Assembly (NCBI GenBank): GCA_964536725.1
Contig: CAZHYJ010000002.1
Location: 91,219 to 155,218 of the forward strand
Reading direction: 5' to 3'
Source: an uncultured Gammaproteobacteria bacterium
GTDB lineage: Bacteria; Patescibacteriota; Patescibacteriia; Magasanikbacterales; GWA2-37-8
Length of the DNA stretch: 64,000 nt
Position 1 is the stretch's first letter; each line of letters opens with the position of its first letter. The translations under genes and the position numbers were made by a program. The notes under the pieces were generated by a model. It worked only from the letters and a program-made list of their open reading frames with translations. It was not told where the DNA came from and made no database searches. Below are positions 47,375-56,645 of this stretch, in pieces.

Positions 47375-47385
47375 GCTGGCTTTTT
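47362..47385. terminator. bidirectional rho-independent terminator between ddl (+) and the recombinase (-)
   Basis: AGCCAGCTT-GT-AAGCTGGCT perfect inverted repeat overlapping the ddl stop codon. TTTTT follows on the plus strand and an A-tract precedes it. Confidence 0.55.
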
Positions 47386-47390
47386 GAAAT

Positions 47391-48341
47391 TTACTCTTTA
47401 AATAGCGGGTGAAATTCATGATGGCTTTTTTCAGCAAATTTATCTGAAGCGTGCACGTATCTAGTAGTGGTGTCTAGAGATTCGTGGCCTAATAGAATCT
47501 GTATAGCAGCCGGATTTGCCCCATTTTCAGCTAAATAAGTGGCAAAACCGTGTCTTAGGGTGTGGGCGCTAATTGGGATATTTATGTCTAATAATTCTCG
47601 ATAGCGTTTAATTTTGTACTGCAAGTAGTTCGTAGAAATTCTTTTGTTTTTTTCCTGACTGTTACTCCCGCGGTAGGGGACAAATAACATGTCAGACGCG
47701 CTGTCTCGCTTTAAAAGGTAATGTTTAATATGGACTAGTGCTCTTGGGGTTAGGTAAACAAAACGTTGTTTTTTTCCTTTACCCATAATGTAAATTCTAC
47801 CAGTCTGATCGACCTGGTTAACTTTTAGAGAAAGTAATTCGGAGATACGCATTCCAGTGGCAAAAAGCGTCTCTAACATTGCACGATTACGCAAAGTTAC
47901 CCGCTCATCATCCTCAAATTTATTTGGTGCTTCTAATATTTTAATAATTTCGGTAAATTCTGGCACGCGGGCATGTTTTTTTTCTGTTTTAAGCAGCTTA
48001 ACAGACACCGGGGAGATTGGTGGATGCCTATCCATATCTTCTAAAAATTTAAGATAAGAGCGTAAGGCCGACAACATTCGGTTGATTGAGTAACTACCCA
48101 GTTTTTTATCTGGTTTGTGTTCTTCGGCAGTTTTGCGATCAGAAGAGCTTAGATAGGCCTTATAACGCAATAAATCAGTCTTTTCTAACTTAGAAAAATC
48201 TTTTTTTATATCATTACTAATAAAAAATTCAAAAACACGTAAATCACGGTCATAATTATACGCAGTTTCTTCAGAGAAGTTACTAGCCTTGATATTCAAA
48301 ATAAAATCATCTAAATAGGGGAGTGGGTGTGATATTTTCAT
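47391..48341 (-). CDS. tyrosine site-specific recombinase (XerC/XerD-like)
   Basis: Catalytic box HTLRHGFATYL..GANPAAIQILLGHESLDTTTRYVH (R, HxxR, Y). N-terminal core-binding domain present. Confidence 0.8.
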   Translation of the reverse strand: MKISHPLPYLDDFILNIKASNFSEETAYNYDRDLRVFEFFISNDIKKDFSKLEKTDLLRYKAYLSSSDRKTAEEHKPDKKLGSYSINRMLSALRSYLKFLEDMDRHPPISPVSVKLLKTEKKHARVPEFTEIIKILEAPNKFEDDERVTLRNRAMLETLFATGMRISELLSLKVNQVDQTGRIYIMGKGKKQRFVYLTPRALVHIKHYLLKRDSASDMLFVPYRGSNSQEKNKRISTNYLQYKIKRYRELLDINIPISAHTLRHGFATYLAENGANPAAIQILLGHESLDTTTRYVHASDKFAEKSHHEFHPLFKE

Positions 48342-48578
48342 AGTCTTCGTTCTTCAAATAATGTTAGATTAAAAGCTTCACTGAGCGTCCTAACCAGTTT
48401 ATTTCTTTTTAGCTCACGCTGAATGGATCGAGCTGTAATTTGTATTCCAGTTGATTTAAATAACTTGTCAGATAATCACTTGGCTGGAAAATTTGTTCTT
48501 TAGATACATTTCTTTCAAAACATCCAGAAAGGGTAGTCCGAGCTTGTCGGAAATCGCTTTCATCTTGTTTCTGGGCAT
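48338..48578 (-). pseudogene. frameshifted remnant of an IS30-type transposase N-terminal HTH (no DDE domain)
   Basis: Minus-strand frames read MKAISDKLGLPFLDVLKEMYLKNKFSSQ, then after a +1 shift LSDKLFKSTGIQITARSIQRELKRNKLVRTLSEAFNL. TARSIQRELKRN matches the IS30 HTH signature ..TISRELKRN. The stop overlaps the recombinase ATG as ATGA. Confidence 0.3.
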
Positions 48579-48678
48579 ATTTGCATATTATAACTGAGTG
48601 TAAGAGTTATTATACTCAATTATATATTATCTAAATAAAACAGTCAAATAACGGCTGTGGATATTTTTCGCCCCTTCC

Positions 48679-49722
48679 CTACTTCCAATACACCCTTTCA
48701 CCATAACGCAAGTCAACATGCTCAACTGGATGGTTGTCTTTAATTATTGCTGTTAAATTGTTAAAAGCACTTTCACAGCTTCCATTAATGCTAATCAGTA
48801 TATCCCAAGATTCTGTAGTCTTAATTGTCAGGCCAGCCGCTAGGTTGTCCAAGACAAAGTACTGCAACTCCCCCACTAACCCCCCTTTTAGTATTTTTTG
48901 CCAGGCCAACACAGCAGTAACGACTTCTTTTTCTAAATTATTTTTATTTTCTCTCCCTATTCTTCGATCGTAAATTAACGGAAAAGAACCAGATTCTGTT
49001 TTGATTAATTTAAAATTTGGTTTGTGTACTTTGATGGACAGTGTTGTGGTAGCCATTGGTACGCTTTTAATTATGGTAGACGTCGTCGTAGTAGTGTTTT
49101 TTGTGCTAGAAGCAGCAGTTGTTTCATTCAAATCTTCTGCTTCAAACTCGTTTTCTGGTATTACTTTTAAAGTTTTTATAAAGTTACCATTTTCATCTAA
49201 AAGGATATAATCACGCCCATTATCATAAATAATACTAGTTGTTTTTTCTTTTATTGAAATTTTTATTATATCTGGAAAAACTTTGATTACAGCAACATCC
49301 TCTACCGCGAAATTATTGAGTATTTCTTTTTTTATCTTTTTAACACTTAATATAAAATAATTACTGTTTGGCCACCAACTTTTTTTAGAATTAAGAAATT
49401 TAGTATTAATAAAATTATTTAATTCTTCTTTTTTTGTAATGTTTAATCCGCTGAATTCAATTTTATTAATTTTAAAATATGGTAGATAAAACATTATTCC
49501 CAACCAAATAACAAACAATAAAACAACCAACACGATAGTTGTTTTTAATGATCGAGGTTTTTCTGGGGTATTTTTTTTGAAGGGGTTGCGTACCTCGACT
49601 AAATTGGCGTCTATTTTTTGCAGAGAACGTCTGCGCTCTCTTTTTTTACACCAACGACGCCACCAGGAATCGGGGGTGTGATTATTTTGTAGATTAGACG
49701 CGGAGTAGAAAAACCGCGGCAT
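48679..49722 (-). CDS. ftsQ: cell-division protein FtsQ/DivIB-like (bitopic, POTRA domain)
   Basis: Basic cytoplasmic N-terminus, a single TM (IVLVVLLFVIWLGIMF), then a POTRA-like YFKINKIEFSGLNITKKEEL. Confidence 0.55.
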   Translation of the reverse strand: MPRFFYSASNLQNNHTPDSWWRRWCKKRERRRSLQKIDANLVEVRNPFKKNTPEKPRSLKTTIVLVVLLFVIWLGIMFYLPYFKINKIEFSGLNITKKEELNNFINTKFLNSKKSWWPNSNYFILSVKKIKKEILNNFAVEDVAVIKVFPDIIKISIKEKTTSIIYDNGRDYILLDENGNFIKTLKVIPENEFEAEDLNETTAASSTKNTTTTTSTIIKSVPMATTTLSIKVHKPNFKLIKTESGSFPLIYDRRIGRENKNNLEKEVVTAVLAWQKILKGGLVGELQYFVLDNLAAGLTIKTTESWDILISINGSCESAFNNLTAIIKDNHPVEHVDLRYGERVYWK

Positions 49723-49723
49723 A

Positions 49724-50839
49724 TTACTTAGCTTTTATCCGAGGAATTAAGGGGTTAATTCTTGTTACCGCTTCGTAGTTGATTGTTTTGGACCATTCAG
49801 ATATATTTTCAGCACTGATAGTATTTTTCCCGTCTTTACCGATCAAAGTGACTAAATCTCCTGGTTTAACCCGCAAACCAAGTGGTACCTCTACCATCAT
49901 CAAATTCATACAGATGCGGCCGCGTATGGGGCAAATTTTGCCTTTAATTAGCACTTTGGCAGTATTGGAAAGCGTCCTAGTGTAACCATCCCAATAACCT
50001 ATAGGTAAGACAACGATTTTTGCTTCTTTGTCTAAAACATAGCCACTGCCATAGCCAATCCCCGCTCGGCGTGGTAAAGTTTTTACCTGGATGATTTTGG
50101 TTTTCCAACTTAGGACTGGTTTTAGCTTTATTTTGTTTGATAATTTTTTGTCCGGATACAAACCATACAACCCCAAACCTAATCTGCCTGCGTTGAGGTC
50201 AGAAAAGTCAAAACCAAGCGACGCAGCTGTACAAGACATGTGTTTTATCTTCGGATTAATTCCTTGGTTGTTTAATATTTTTAATGCTTCTGCAAAAGTC
50301 TCGTGTTGTTTTCTGGTAAAAAGGGCATTGTCTTCACTTGATGCAAAATGACTCCATATTCCCTCAGCACTCACCCACTTTGCTCGTTTGATTGTATTGG
50401 ATACTTTAAGCAGATCAGATAATAAAAAGCCAACTCGTGAGGTGCCTGTATCAATTTTAATATGCACCTTTACTTTTTTCTTTAGCGATTTTGCCACCGC
50501 GTTTAATATGCCAATTTGATCAAGACGATAAATGGGGAACACTACTCCCCTACTAACTAATTTTTTTAACTCATTTTTATCCTCTGAATAAAAACTTAAA
50601 ATTAAAATTGATTTTTTAATTTTTAACGCAATTAATTTTAAAGCTTCATCGCTATTCACTACACAGATTCGATCCACGTTTTTATCACTATTACAAATTT
50701 GAGCAATCAAATCAAACCCGTGACCATAGGCATTGGATTTGATAACCGGCATCAACAAATTATTCTTACCCACTACTTTTCTAAATTGTTGCAGGTTAAA
50801 TCGAACAGCTGCTTCACTAATTTCCACCCAAGAAAACAT
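49724..50839 (-). CDS. alr: alanine racemase
   Basis: PVIKSNAYGHG PLP-lysine motif and the C-terminal beta domain. Confidence 0.85.
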   Translation of the reverse strand: MFSWVEISEAAVRFNLQQFRKVVGKNNLLMPVIKSNAYGHGFDLIAQICNSDKNVDRICVVNSDEALKLIALKIKKSILILSFYSEDKNELKKLVSRGVVFPIYRLDQIGILNAVAKSLKKKVKVHIKIDTGTSRVGFLLSDLLKVSNTIKRAKWVSAEGIWSHFASSEDNALFTRKQHETFAEALKILNNQGINPKIKHMSCTAASLGFDFSDLNAGRLGLGLYGLYPDKKLSNKIKLKPVLSWKTKIIQVKTLPRRAGIGYGSGYVLDKEAKIVVLPIGYWDGYTRTLSNTAKVLIKGKICPIRGRICMNLMMVEVPLGLRVKPGDLVTLIGKDGKNTISAENISEWSKTINYEAVTRINPLIPRIKAK

Positions 50840-50841
50840 AA

Positions 50842-52095
50842 TTACATTTTTTCTACACCAAGATATTTTTGTAGTACCTTAGGTACTTTAATTGTTCCGT
50901 CCTCTTGCTGGTAGTTTTCTATTACTGCTACTGGAAAACGACTCAGCACTACAGCAGTGCCATTTAAGGTATGAACAAATTCGGTTTGTCCCTCAGCTTT
51001 ACGGTAACGGATATTTAAGCGTCGGGCTTGATAGTCTAAACAATTGCTGGTTGAAGTAATTTCGCCATAACCACCTTGTGTTCCCTCGCCTGCCTTCATT
51101 GTCATCCAAGCTTCAATATCAAATTTGCGATAAGCTGGTCCGCCTAAATCTCCTGAGGCGATATCAATAACCTGGTAGGGTATTTCTAAACCATCAACGA
51201 TTTCTTTTTCAATATCTAATATCTCTTGATGTAATTTTTCGCTGTCTTCTGGTTTGCAGAATACAAACATCTCTAGTTTAGTAAATTGATGTACGCGATA
51301 GAGGCCCTTACTGGTGCGACCATATGATCCGCCTTCGGTCCTAAAACAGTGCGACATTGCAACATATTTCTTTGGTCCGTTTTCTAAGTCCATAATTTCC
51401 TCTGAATGATATCCTCCTACAGTAATTTCGGCGGTACCAACCAAACTTAAATCTGAGTTTTCAATTGAGTACACCTGTGTTTCTGGTCCGCGCGGATTAA
51501 AGCCAACACCTGTCAGGATTTCATCTTTAGCCAAGTCTGGCGTTTCTAGAAGGGTATACCCATGTTTAGTAACGACTTCAATTCCATAGTTTAGTAGGGC
51601 TAAATTAAGACGCACTGCTGAATTTTTGGTAAAATAGAATTTTGCTCCGGCTACCTTGGCGCCGCGTTCAAAATCTATCAAATCATTTTTAACCATCAAC
51701 TCTTCATGGTCTCTGGGAGAAAAAGCGAATGGCTTTGGCTCAAAGTTTTTATAGACAACTTTAAAGTCTTCTTCACCGCCAATCGGAGTGTCTGGGTGGG
51801 TTAGGTTTGGAATTTGTAAAAGTAAATCTTTAAATTCACTTTCAATGGTTGTCTGTTTTTCTTCCAAAGATTTAATCTCATCCCCTACCTTGCGCATGTT
51901 AGCAATCTCTTCCTCGGTTGGTTTACCTTTTGATTTTTGATTACGTAATGCGCGTAAGTCTTCAATCTTTTTTAGATTTTCCCTCCGCTCTTCATCTACT
52001 CCTAGCAATCTATCGACATCAACTTTGACTCGCCTCTTTTCACAGTTGTCTTTAATTAGATCTTTGTTGTCACGAATAAATTTTATTTCTAACAT
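50842..52095 (-). CDS. serS: serine--tRNA ligase
   Basis: N-terminal coiled-coil arm plus class II motifs (FRTEGGSYG, GEITSTSNCLDYQARR). Confidence 0.9.
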   Translation of the reverse strand: MLEIKFIRDNKDLIKDNCEKRRVKVDVDRLLGVDEERRENLKKIEDLRALRNQKSKGKPTEEEIANMRKVGDEIKSLEEKQTTIESEFKDLLLQIPNLTHPDTPIGGEEDFKVVYKNFEPKPFAFSPRDHEELMVKNDLIDFERGAKVAGAKFYFTKNSAVRLNLALLNYGIEVVTKHGYTLLETPDLAKDEILTGVGFNPRGPETQVYSIENSDLSLVGTAEITVGGYHSEEIMDLENGPKKYVAMSHCFRTEGGSYGRTSKGLYRVHQFTKLEMFVFCKPEDSEKLHQEILDIEKEIVDGLEIPYQVIDIASGDLGGPAYRKFDIEAWMTMKAGEGTQGGYGEITSTSNCLDYQARRLNIRYRKAEGQTEFVHTLNGTAVVLSRFPVAVIENYQQEDGTIKVPKVLQKYLGVEKM

Positions 52096-52099
52096 ATTA

Positions 52100-53140
52100 T
52101 TAAAGTTTGTATTTTTTAATTATTTGTTTTAATTCTGGTAAAAATGCTTTAAACATTTCTTTGTTTTCTCCGACGAATGCCATTTTGTTTACATCCCCAA
52201 GGGAAATCCATTTTAAATCCAAAACCTCAGCATCATTAACTTTGCCAGCTCGGCCGATGACGGAGCAAACATACGGTATCAAATATACCTGATAACTCCA
52301 AGTTGGATATTCCTGACCCTTGATATATATCGGTCGTATCTGTTCTAATGGTTTTACGTTCATCCCTGTCTCCTCTCTAACTTCGCGCGCTAAATTTTCT
52401 TTTACAGTTTCACCAAATTCCATTGAGCCACCCGGAAATTCCCATCTCTCATGATATTCTGGACGATGTGGGTCATTTCTTTTTGTTACTAAAATTTTTC
52501 CGTCTTTAACTATCACAGCCACTGGTACGACAATATGGCGACTGCTATATTGATTGTGTAGATAATATTTCATTTGATTCAGCGCCTTTCCTCGGTGGCT
52601 GCAAGAATTTTTTTCTGTGGCGGACATCTCCGCATAAGTTTTTTGTTTTTCAGTAACAAAAAATATCGGATCATAGCCAAATCCATTAGTGGTGTTTTTG
52701 ATTTCTTTTTCCAATATTTCCCCTGTTGTTTCGCCAGTAGTTAAATAATTTGTTTTATTATTTGGATCATACAAAGCTAGTACATCACGAAAAGTCGCAC
52801 GCCGACATTTTGAATCTTTTAATTCTTTCAAAACTAATTTTCTACGCGATTGGTCTGTCTTGCTGATTCGAGCACTATGTACTCCGGGCCAATTATGTAG
52901 AGACTCAATAAACAATCCCGAATCATCAGCCAAAGAAATTAACCCCGTTTTCTCTCCATAATAACAAGCCTTTACCACTGCGTTACCCCAGATTGTTGGT
53001 TCGTTTTCCGGTGGAGCAGGTGGACATTTTTTAAGATCATTTAATGATAAAATTTGAAACGGCAAATCAGCCAAGAAATTTTTGATTTCTTTAAATTTCC
53101 CCATGTTAGTTGTCGCGATCAGAAGCTTCTTTTTCTTCAT
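52100..53140 (-). CDS. fusion of a Ham1/RdgB dITP-XTP pyrophosphatase with a Nudix hydrolase
   Basis: aa 1-190 carry TTNMGKFKE, ADDSGL, FGYDPIF and SHRGKAL (Ham1/RdgB). aa 200-346 carry the Nudix box GGSMEFGETVKENLAREVREETG. Confidence 0.75.
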   Translation of the reverse strand: MKKKKLLIATTNMGKFKEIKNFLADLPFQILSLNDLKKCPPAPPENEPTIWGNAVVKACYYGEKTGLISLADDSGLFIESLHNWPGVHSARISKTDQSRRKLVLKELKDSKCRRATFRDVLALYDPNNKTNYLTTGETTGEILEKEIKNTTNGFGYDPIFFVTEKQKTYAEMSATEKNSCSHRGKALNQMKYYLHNQYSSRHIVVPVAVIVKDGKILVTKRNDPHRPEYHERWEFPGGSMEFGETVKENLAREVREETGMNVKPLEQIRPIYIKGQEYPTWSYQVYLIPYVCSVIGRAGKVNDAEVLDLKWISLGDVNKMAFVGENKEMFKAFLPELKQIIKKYKL

Positions 53141-53143
53141 ATA

Positions 53144-53548
53144 TTATTCTGCACTTAATTTAGAGCTCTTATAAACTTCCGGCATATAAGGTGGAATGCG
53201 TACTATTTGAACATTATCATCGATCACGTCTACTAATTTATCAACAAACACTTTTTGATCATATCCCAACGCGATAATATTTGGTTTCTCATCAACAATC
53301 ACTTTGTATCGATCATTAGGATCAAGACAACCCAAGACAACCTTGTCAGCAATATTTAACTTGTTAATATTATCTTTACGCTCGTTTTCATCAAATTGTG
53401 GTGCCTTGCCTTTAACAGCGCACACAGTATTATCACGCGCTATTACCACAACTAAATAATCACCATATTCCTTTGCCTGTTTAAGAAAATATGCGTGTCC
53501 AGGGTGAATTAAATCGAATGTGCCAAATACAATCACCTTTTTACTCAT
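53144..53548 (-). CDS. cytidylyltransferase-like nucleotidyltransferase (TagD/RibL-type, HxGH)
   Basis: VIVFGTFDLIHPGHAYFL..GDYLVVVIARD. 134 aa. Confidence 0.65.
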   Translation of the reverse strand: MSKKVIVFGTFDLIHPGHAYFLKQAKEYGDYLVVVIARDNTVCAVKGKAPQFDENERKDNINKLNIADKVVLGCLDPNDRYKVIVDEKPNIIALGYDQKVFVDKLVDVIDDNVQIVRIPPYMPEVYKSSKLSAE

Positions 53549-53551
53549 AAC

Positions 53552-54550
53552 CTATTCTTTTTGTGGATAAAACGAAATCATCTTATTGATTATTTGGATA
53601 GCCTCAGCAATAAATTTTCTTTGGTGTATAAAAACATCTTTTTGTGCAGGGGAAATTGTTTGGTCAGTTAATTTTTCTTCTATTTCTCCCCTTTTTTCTT
53701 CGTATGTTTTTAACATTAACGGAAATATTTCTACTGGATCTTTCTGCTCCCCTCTGTTAGAGCGTGCTTCAAATACATCAGCTAACTCAATTAGCGTCGC
53801 CGCTTCGTTTAGCTCTGATTTTCTTTTCTTGTTTTTTCCAATAAGCAAATCCTCAATTTGCTGGTCCGTAATATGGTAGGGGTAGTTATGCAAACCACGG
53901 TGATGTGATGCTACCAAATAAATAATCTCTGGATTAAATTTGGGGATATTTTTCAAAATTGAATACGAATTGTCTAGATGCCCCGCAAAAATTTCCCCCA
54001 TTGTGGTTTGTTCTGTAATACCAATAGTTTGCAATGTTTCCCACATTTTTTCTTTTTCATCGGGTAAGGCATGTTTGTTGATAGCGGCAAGCACTGTTGT
54101 GTTGTGAAAATTTTTCCCCATTTCTTTGTCTGGTTCGTAAAATGAAAACAGTTTAGAGTATGCTGTTTGTGCTTCTAAATTGGCATCTGCCGGACCAGTC
54201 TTTCCGATATCGTGAATGGTAGCAGCGGCAATTATTTTCTTACGATATTTTTCCACCCAGGCTTCTGGAAAAAATTTTAACCATATATCTAAAACTTCTA
54301 TTAAATTTGTTGTATGTTCCAAGTGTGTGCCTATTTCTTTTTTTATCACCTCGCCGGAGGCATTCCTACCTTCTATATAATGTTTCCTTTCTCCAATAAC
54401 ACGCCGATCGGTATCGAGTAACATCAAACGTTCGCCTAATTCGACGGGCAGATTAATCCCCTCTTGTCTCAGCCAAAATTTTATTTTTTCTCTAGCATTA
54501 GAGGGGTCTTGTTTTTGAGCAAAGTCAAATCCCGTTCTTTCTGAATCCAT
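53552..54550 (-). CDS. HD-domain phosphohydrolase-family protein
   Basis: AATIHDIGK and ASHHRG give the H..HD..D metal ligands. Confidence 0.5.
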   Translation of the reverse strand: MDSERTGFDFAQKQDPSNAREKIKFWLRQEGINLPVELGERLMLLDTDRRVIGERKHYIEGRNASGEVIKKEIGTHLEHTTNLIEVLDIWLKFFPEAWVEKYRKKIIAAATIHDIGKTGPADANLEAQTAYSKLFSFYEPDKEMGKNFHNTTVLAAINKHALPDEKEKMWETLQTIGITEQTTMGEIFAGHLDNSYSILKNIPKFNPEIIYLVASHHRGLHNYPYHITDQQIEDLLIGKNKKRKSELNEAATLIELADVFEARSNRGEQKDPVEIFPLMLKTYEEKRGEIEEKLTDQTISPAQKDVFIHQRKFIAEAIQIINKMISFYPQKE

Positions 54551-54551
54551 A

Positions 54552-56021
54552 TTATTCTTTTGGCTTAAGTGTAGGGAATAAAATTACCTCTTTTAAATTA
54601 TCAGCGTTCATCAAAAGTTTTACTAATCGATCAATACCCATGCCTAATCCAGCAGTTGGTGGCATACCATGTTTTAAGGCGGTAATAAAGTCTTCGTCAA
54701 ATGGCATACTCTCATCATCCCCTTCTTCGCCTAAACGTGTCTGCTCGCGGAATCTTTCTTCTTGGTCAATTGGGTCATTTAACTCAGTAAAGGCGTTGCA
54801 GAGCTCATTTCCGCCCACACATAATAATTGAAAACGTTCAACATAGCGTGGGTCTTCGGTCTTCTTTTTTGCTAGCGGAGACAATTCAAGTGGGTGATCG
54901 GTTACAAACATCGGATTAACGATAAACGGCCGGGCAAATTTCTTGTAAATATCGTCGATAATTTTCCCGCGTCCAGCGTGTGGGTCAAGATCATCAACAC
55001 CCAACTCTTTTGCTTTTTTGTAAATTGATTCTTGGTCAGGAAAATCCTCAATATCCATCTTCGCATATTCCTGAATCAACGCACGCATTGTTTTACGTGG
55101 ATATGGTGGAGTAAAATCAACCTCTTTGTCTTCTACTGTAAACTTGAGTGATAAGCCGGCTTTTTTAATTAGAGTTGGTAGAAGATCCTCAATCAAATCC
55201 ATTAGTTTGTTGTAGTCAGCGTATGCCCAATAAAATTCGATCTGAGTAAATTCTGGATTATGGTTTTGGTCTATTCCTTCGTTTCTAAAACAACGTGCAA
55301 TTTCATACACTTTTTCAAAACCACCAACAATCAATCTTTTTAAATACAGCTCGGGGGCGATACGTAAATACAAAGGAATGTCTAGGGCATTATGGTGAGT
55401 GACAAAGGGTTTGGCCAATGCGCCACCGTACAGTGTTTGCAAAATAGGTGTTTCCACTTCATAAAATCCAAGCGTATCAAAATAATTACGTAACTCACGC
55501 ACTAAAACAGAGCGTACGCGCGCAACACGCATTGACTCTTCGTTGGCGATCAAATCTAAATAACGTTTGCGGTAACGAATCTCTGTGTCGCTTAAACCGT
55601 GAAATTTTTCTGGCATTGGCAATAGCGCCTTGGATAAAACGACAAAACTTTTAACTAACACCGATATCTCACCGGCGTGGGTAACAAAAATAACACCCTT
55701 GCAGGAAACAAAATCCCCCATCTCCAAATTTTTGGTAAAAAATTTATATTGTTCTTTGCCCATCTCTTTTTCCGATACCGCTATTTGCAAGCGCCCACTT
55801 TCATCTTTTAAATGGCAAAAACAAAGTTTCCCCATCTCTCTTTTTCCCATAATTCTTCCCAGTACTTCCACCTCAGCATCAACCGCCATAACTTTAGCCT
55901 CTGCCAAAGTATGTGAGCGGTTGCAACGTGCTGGATATGGTTCTAAACCTGCCTGTTTAATCGTTTCGAGGTGTTCTAGACGCACCGCTTCCTCGCTAAT
56001 ATCCTGAGTGTTTCCTAGCAT
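54552..56021 (-). CDS. lysS: lysine--tRNA ligase (class II)
   Basis: OB anticodon-binding N-domain. Motif 1/2/3 (FYEVETPIL, YEIARCFRNEG, GLGMGIDRLVKLL). Confidence 0.9.
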   Translation of the reverse strand: MLGNTQDISEEAVRLEHLETIKQAGLEPYPARCNRSHTLAEAKVMAVDAEVEVLGRIMGKREMGKLCFCHLKDESGRLQIAVSEKEMGKEQYKFFTKNLEMGDFVSCKGVIFVTHAGEISVLVKSFVVLSKALLPMPEKFHGLSDTEIRYRKRYLDLIANEESMRVARVRSVLVRELRNYFDTLGFYEVETPILQTLYGGALAKPFVTHHNALDIPLYLRIAPELYLKRLIVGGFEKVYEIARCFRNEGIDQNHNPEFTQIEFYWAYADYNKLMDLIEDLLPTLIKKAGLSLKFTVEDKEVDFTPPYPRKTMRALIQEYAKMDIEDFPDQESIYKKAKELGVDDLDPHAGRGKIIDDIYKKFARPFIVNPMFVTDHPLELSPLAKKKTEDPRYVERFQLLCVGGNELCNAFTELNDPIDQEERFREQTRLGEEGDDESMPFDEDFITALKHGMPPTAGLGMGIDRLVKLLMNADNLKEVILFPTLKPKE

Positions 56022-56073
56022 ATTAATATTTAATATTTACCCTAATATTATATCGAAAATGGCTGTTTTAGTC

Positions 56074-56096
56074 AAAAAACCTGCCGACTTGGCAGG
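56074..56096 (-). terminator. rho-independent terminator for greA (minus strand)
   Basis: CCTGCC-GACTT-GGCAGG hairpin with UUUUUU following on the minus strand. Confidence 0.55.
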
Positions 56097-56111
56097 TTTT
56101 GGAAAAATGAC

Positions 56112-56576
56112 TTATTTTATCTTAATAATTTCGTAGATTTGCTTCCCTGCCGGAGTGGCAACCTCTACCTTGTCTTTTAGCTTGGAGCCAAGCAAAGCAC
56201 TGCCCAACGGAGATTCGTTGGAGATATAGCCCTTGGTTACATCTACTTCTTGTGGGCCAACAATGGTGTATTCTTTTTCTTTTTCATTAACCCGAACAGT
56301 CGCAGTGCTACCCACCGAAACCGTCTTGTCATCTTCGCTTTTTACGATAATTTTGGCGTTCTGCAAAATCCGATCCAATTCTTGAACTTTACCTCTTGCC
56401 CAAGACATATCTTCTCTGGCTTGGTGATACTCTGCATTTTCTGATAAGTCACCTTGTTGTTTGGCCTCATCAATACGTTTGGCAATTTCTGGGATTGTTT
56501 TATTGTTTAGCTTGTCGTAATCAGCTTTGAGAGTAGCCAAACTTTCAACGGTAAGGTAATGAATTTCGTCGGTCAT
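56112..56576 (-). CDS. greA: transcription elongation factor GreA
   Basis: N-terminal coiled coil with the acidic tip (DLSENAEY) and a C-terminal FKBP-like domain. Confidence 0.9.
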   Translation of the reverse strand: MTDEIHYLTVESLATLKADYDKLNNKTIPEIAKRIDEAKQQGDLSENAEYHQAREDMSWARGKVQELDRILQNAKIIVKSEDDKTVSVGSTATVRVNEKEKEYTIVGPQEVDVTKGYISNESPLGSALLGSKLKDKVEVATPAGKQIYEIIKIK

Positions 56577-56603
56577 AGCAAAAATAATTAATTTAACTAA
56601 GTT

Positions 56604-56632
56604 AGTATAACACAGGAGCTTATAATGTCAAA
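56604..56632 (-). promoter_or_regulatory. sigma70-type promoter TTGACA-17-TATACT for greA (minus strand)
   Basis: The reverse complement shows TTGACA (56632..56627), a 17-nt spacer, and TATACT (56609..56604). It lies about 28 nt upstream of greA. Confidence 0.45.
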
Positions 56633-56645
56633 AACAGCTTGGGGA

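Noticed and set aside
48607-48636. dif site call as an annotated feature
   Set aside because: The resemblance to dif (TATATA spacer, TTATnTAAAT arm) is weak in AT-rich DNA and the left arm is not convincing. It is kept only as a low-confidence note within the recombinase finding.
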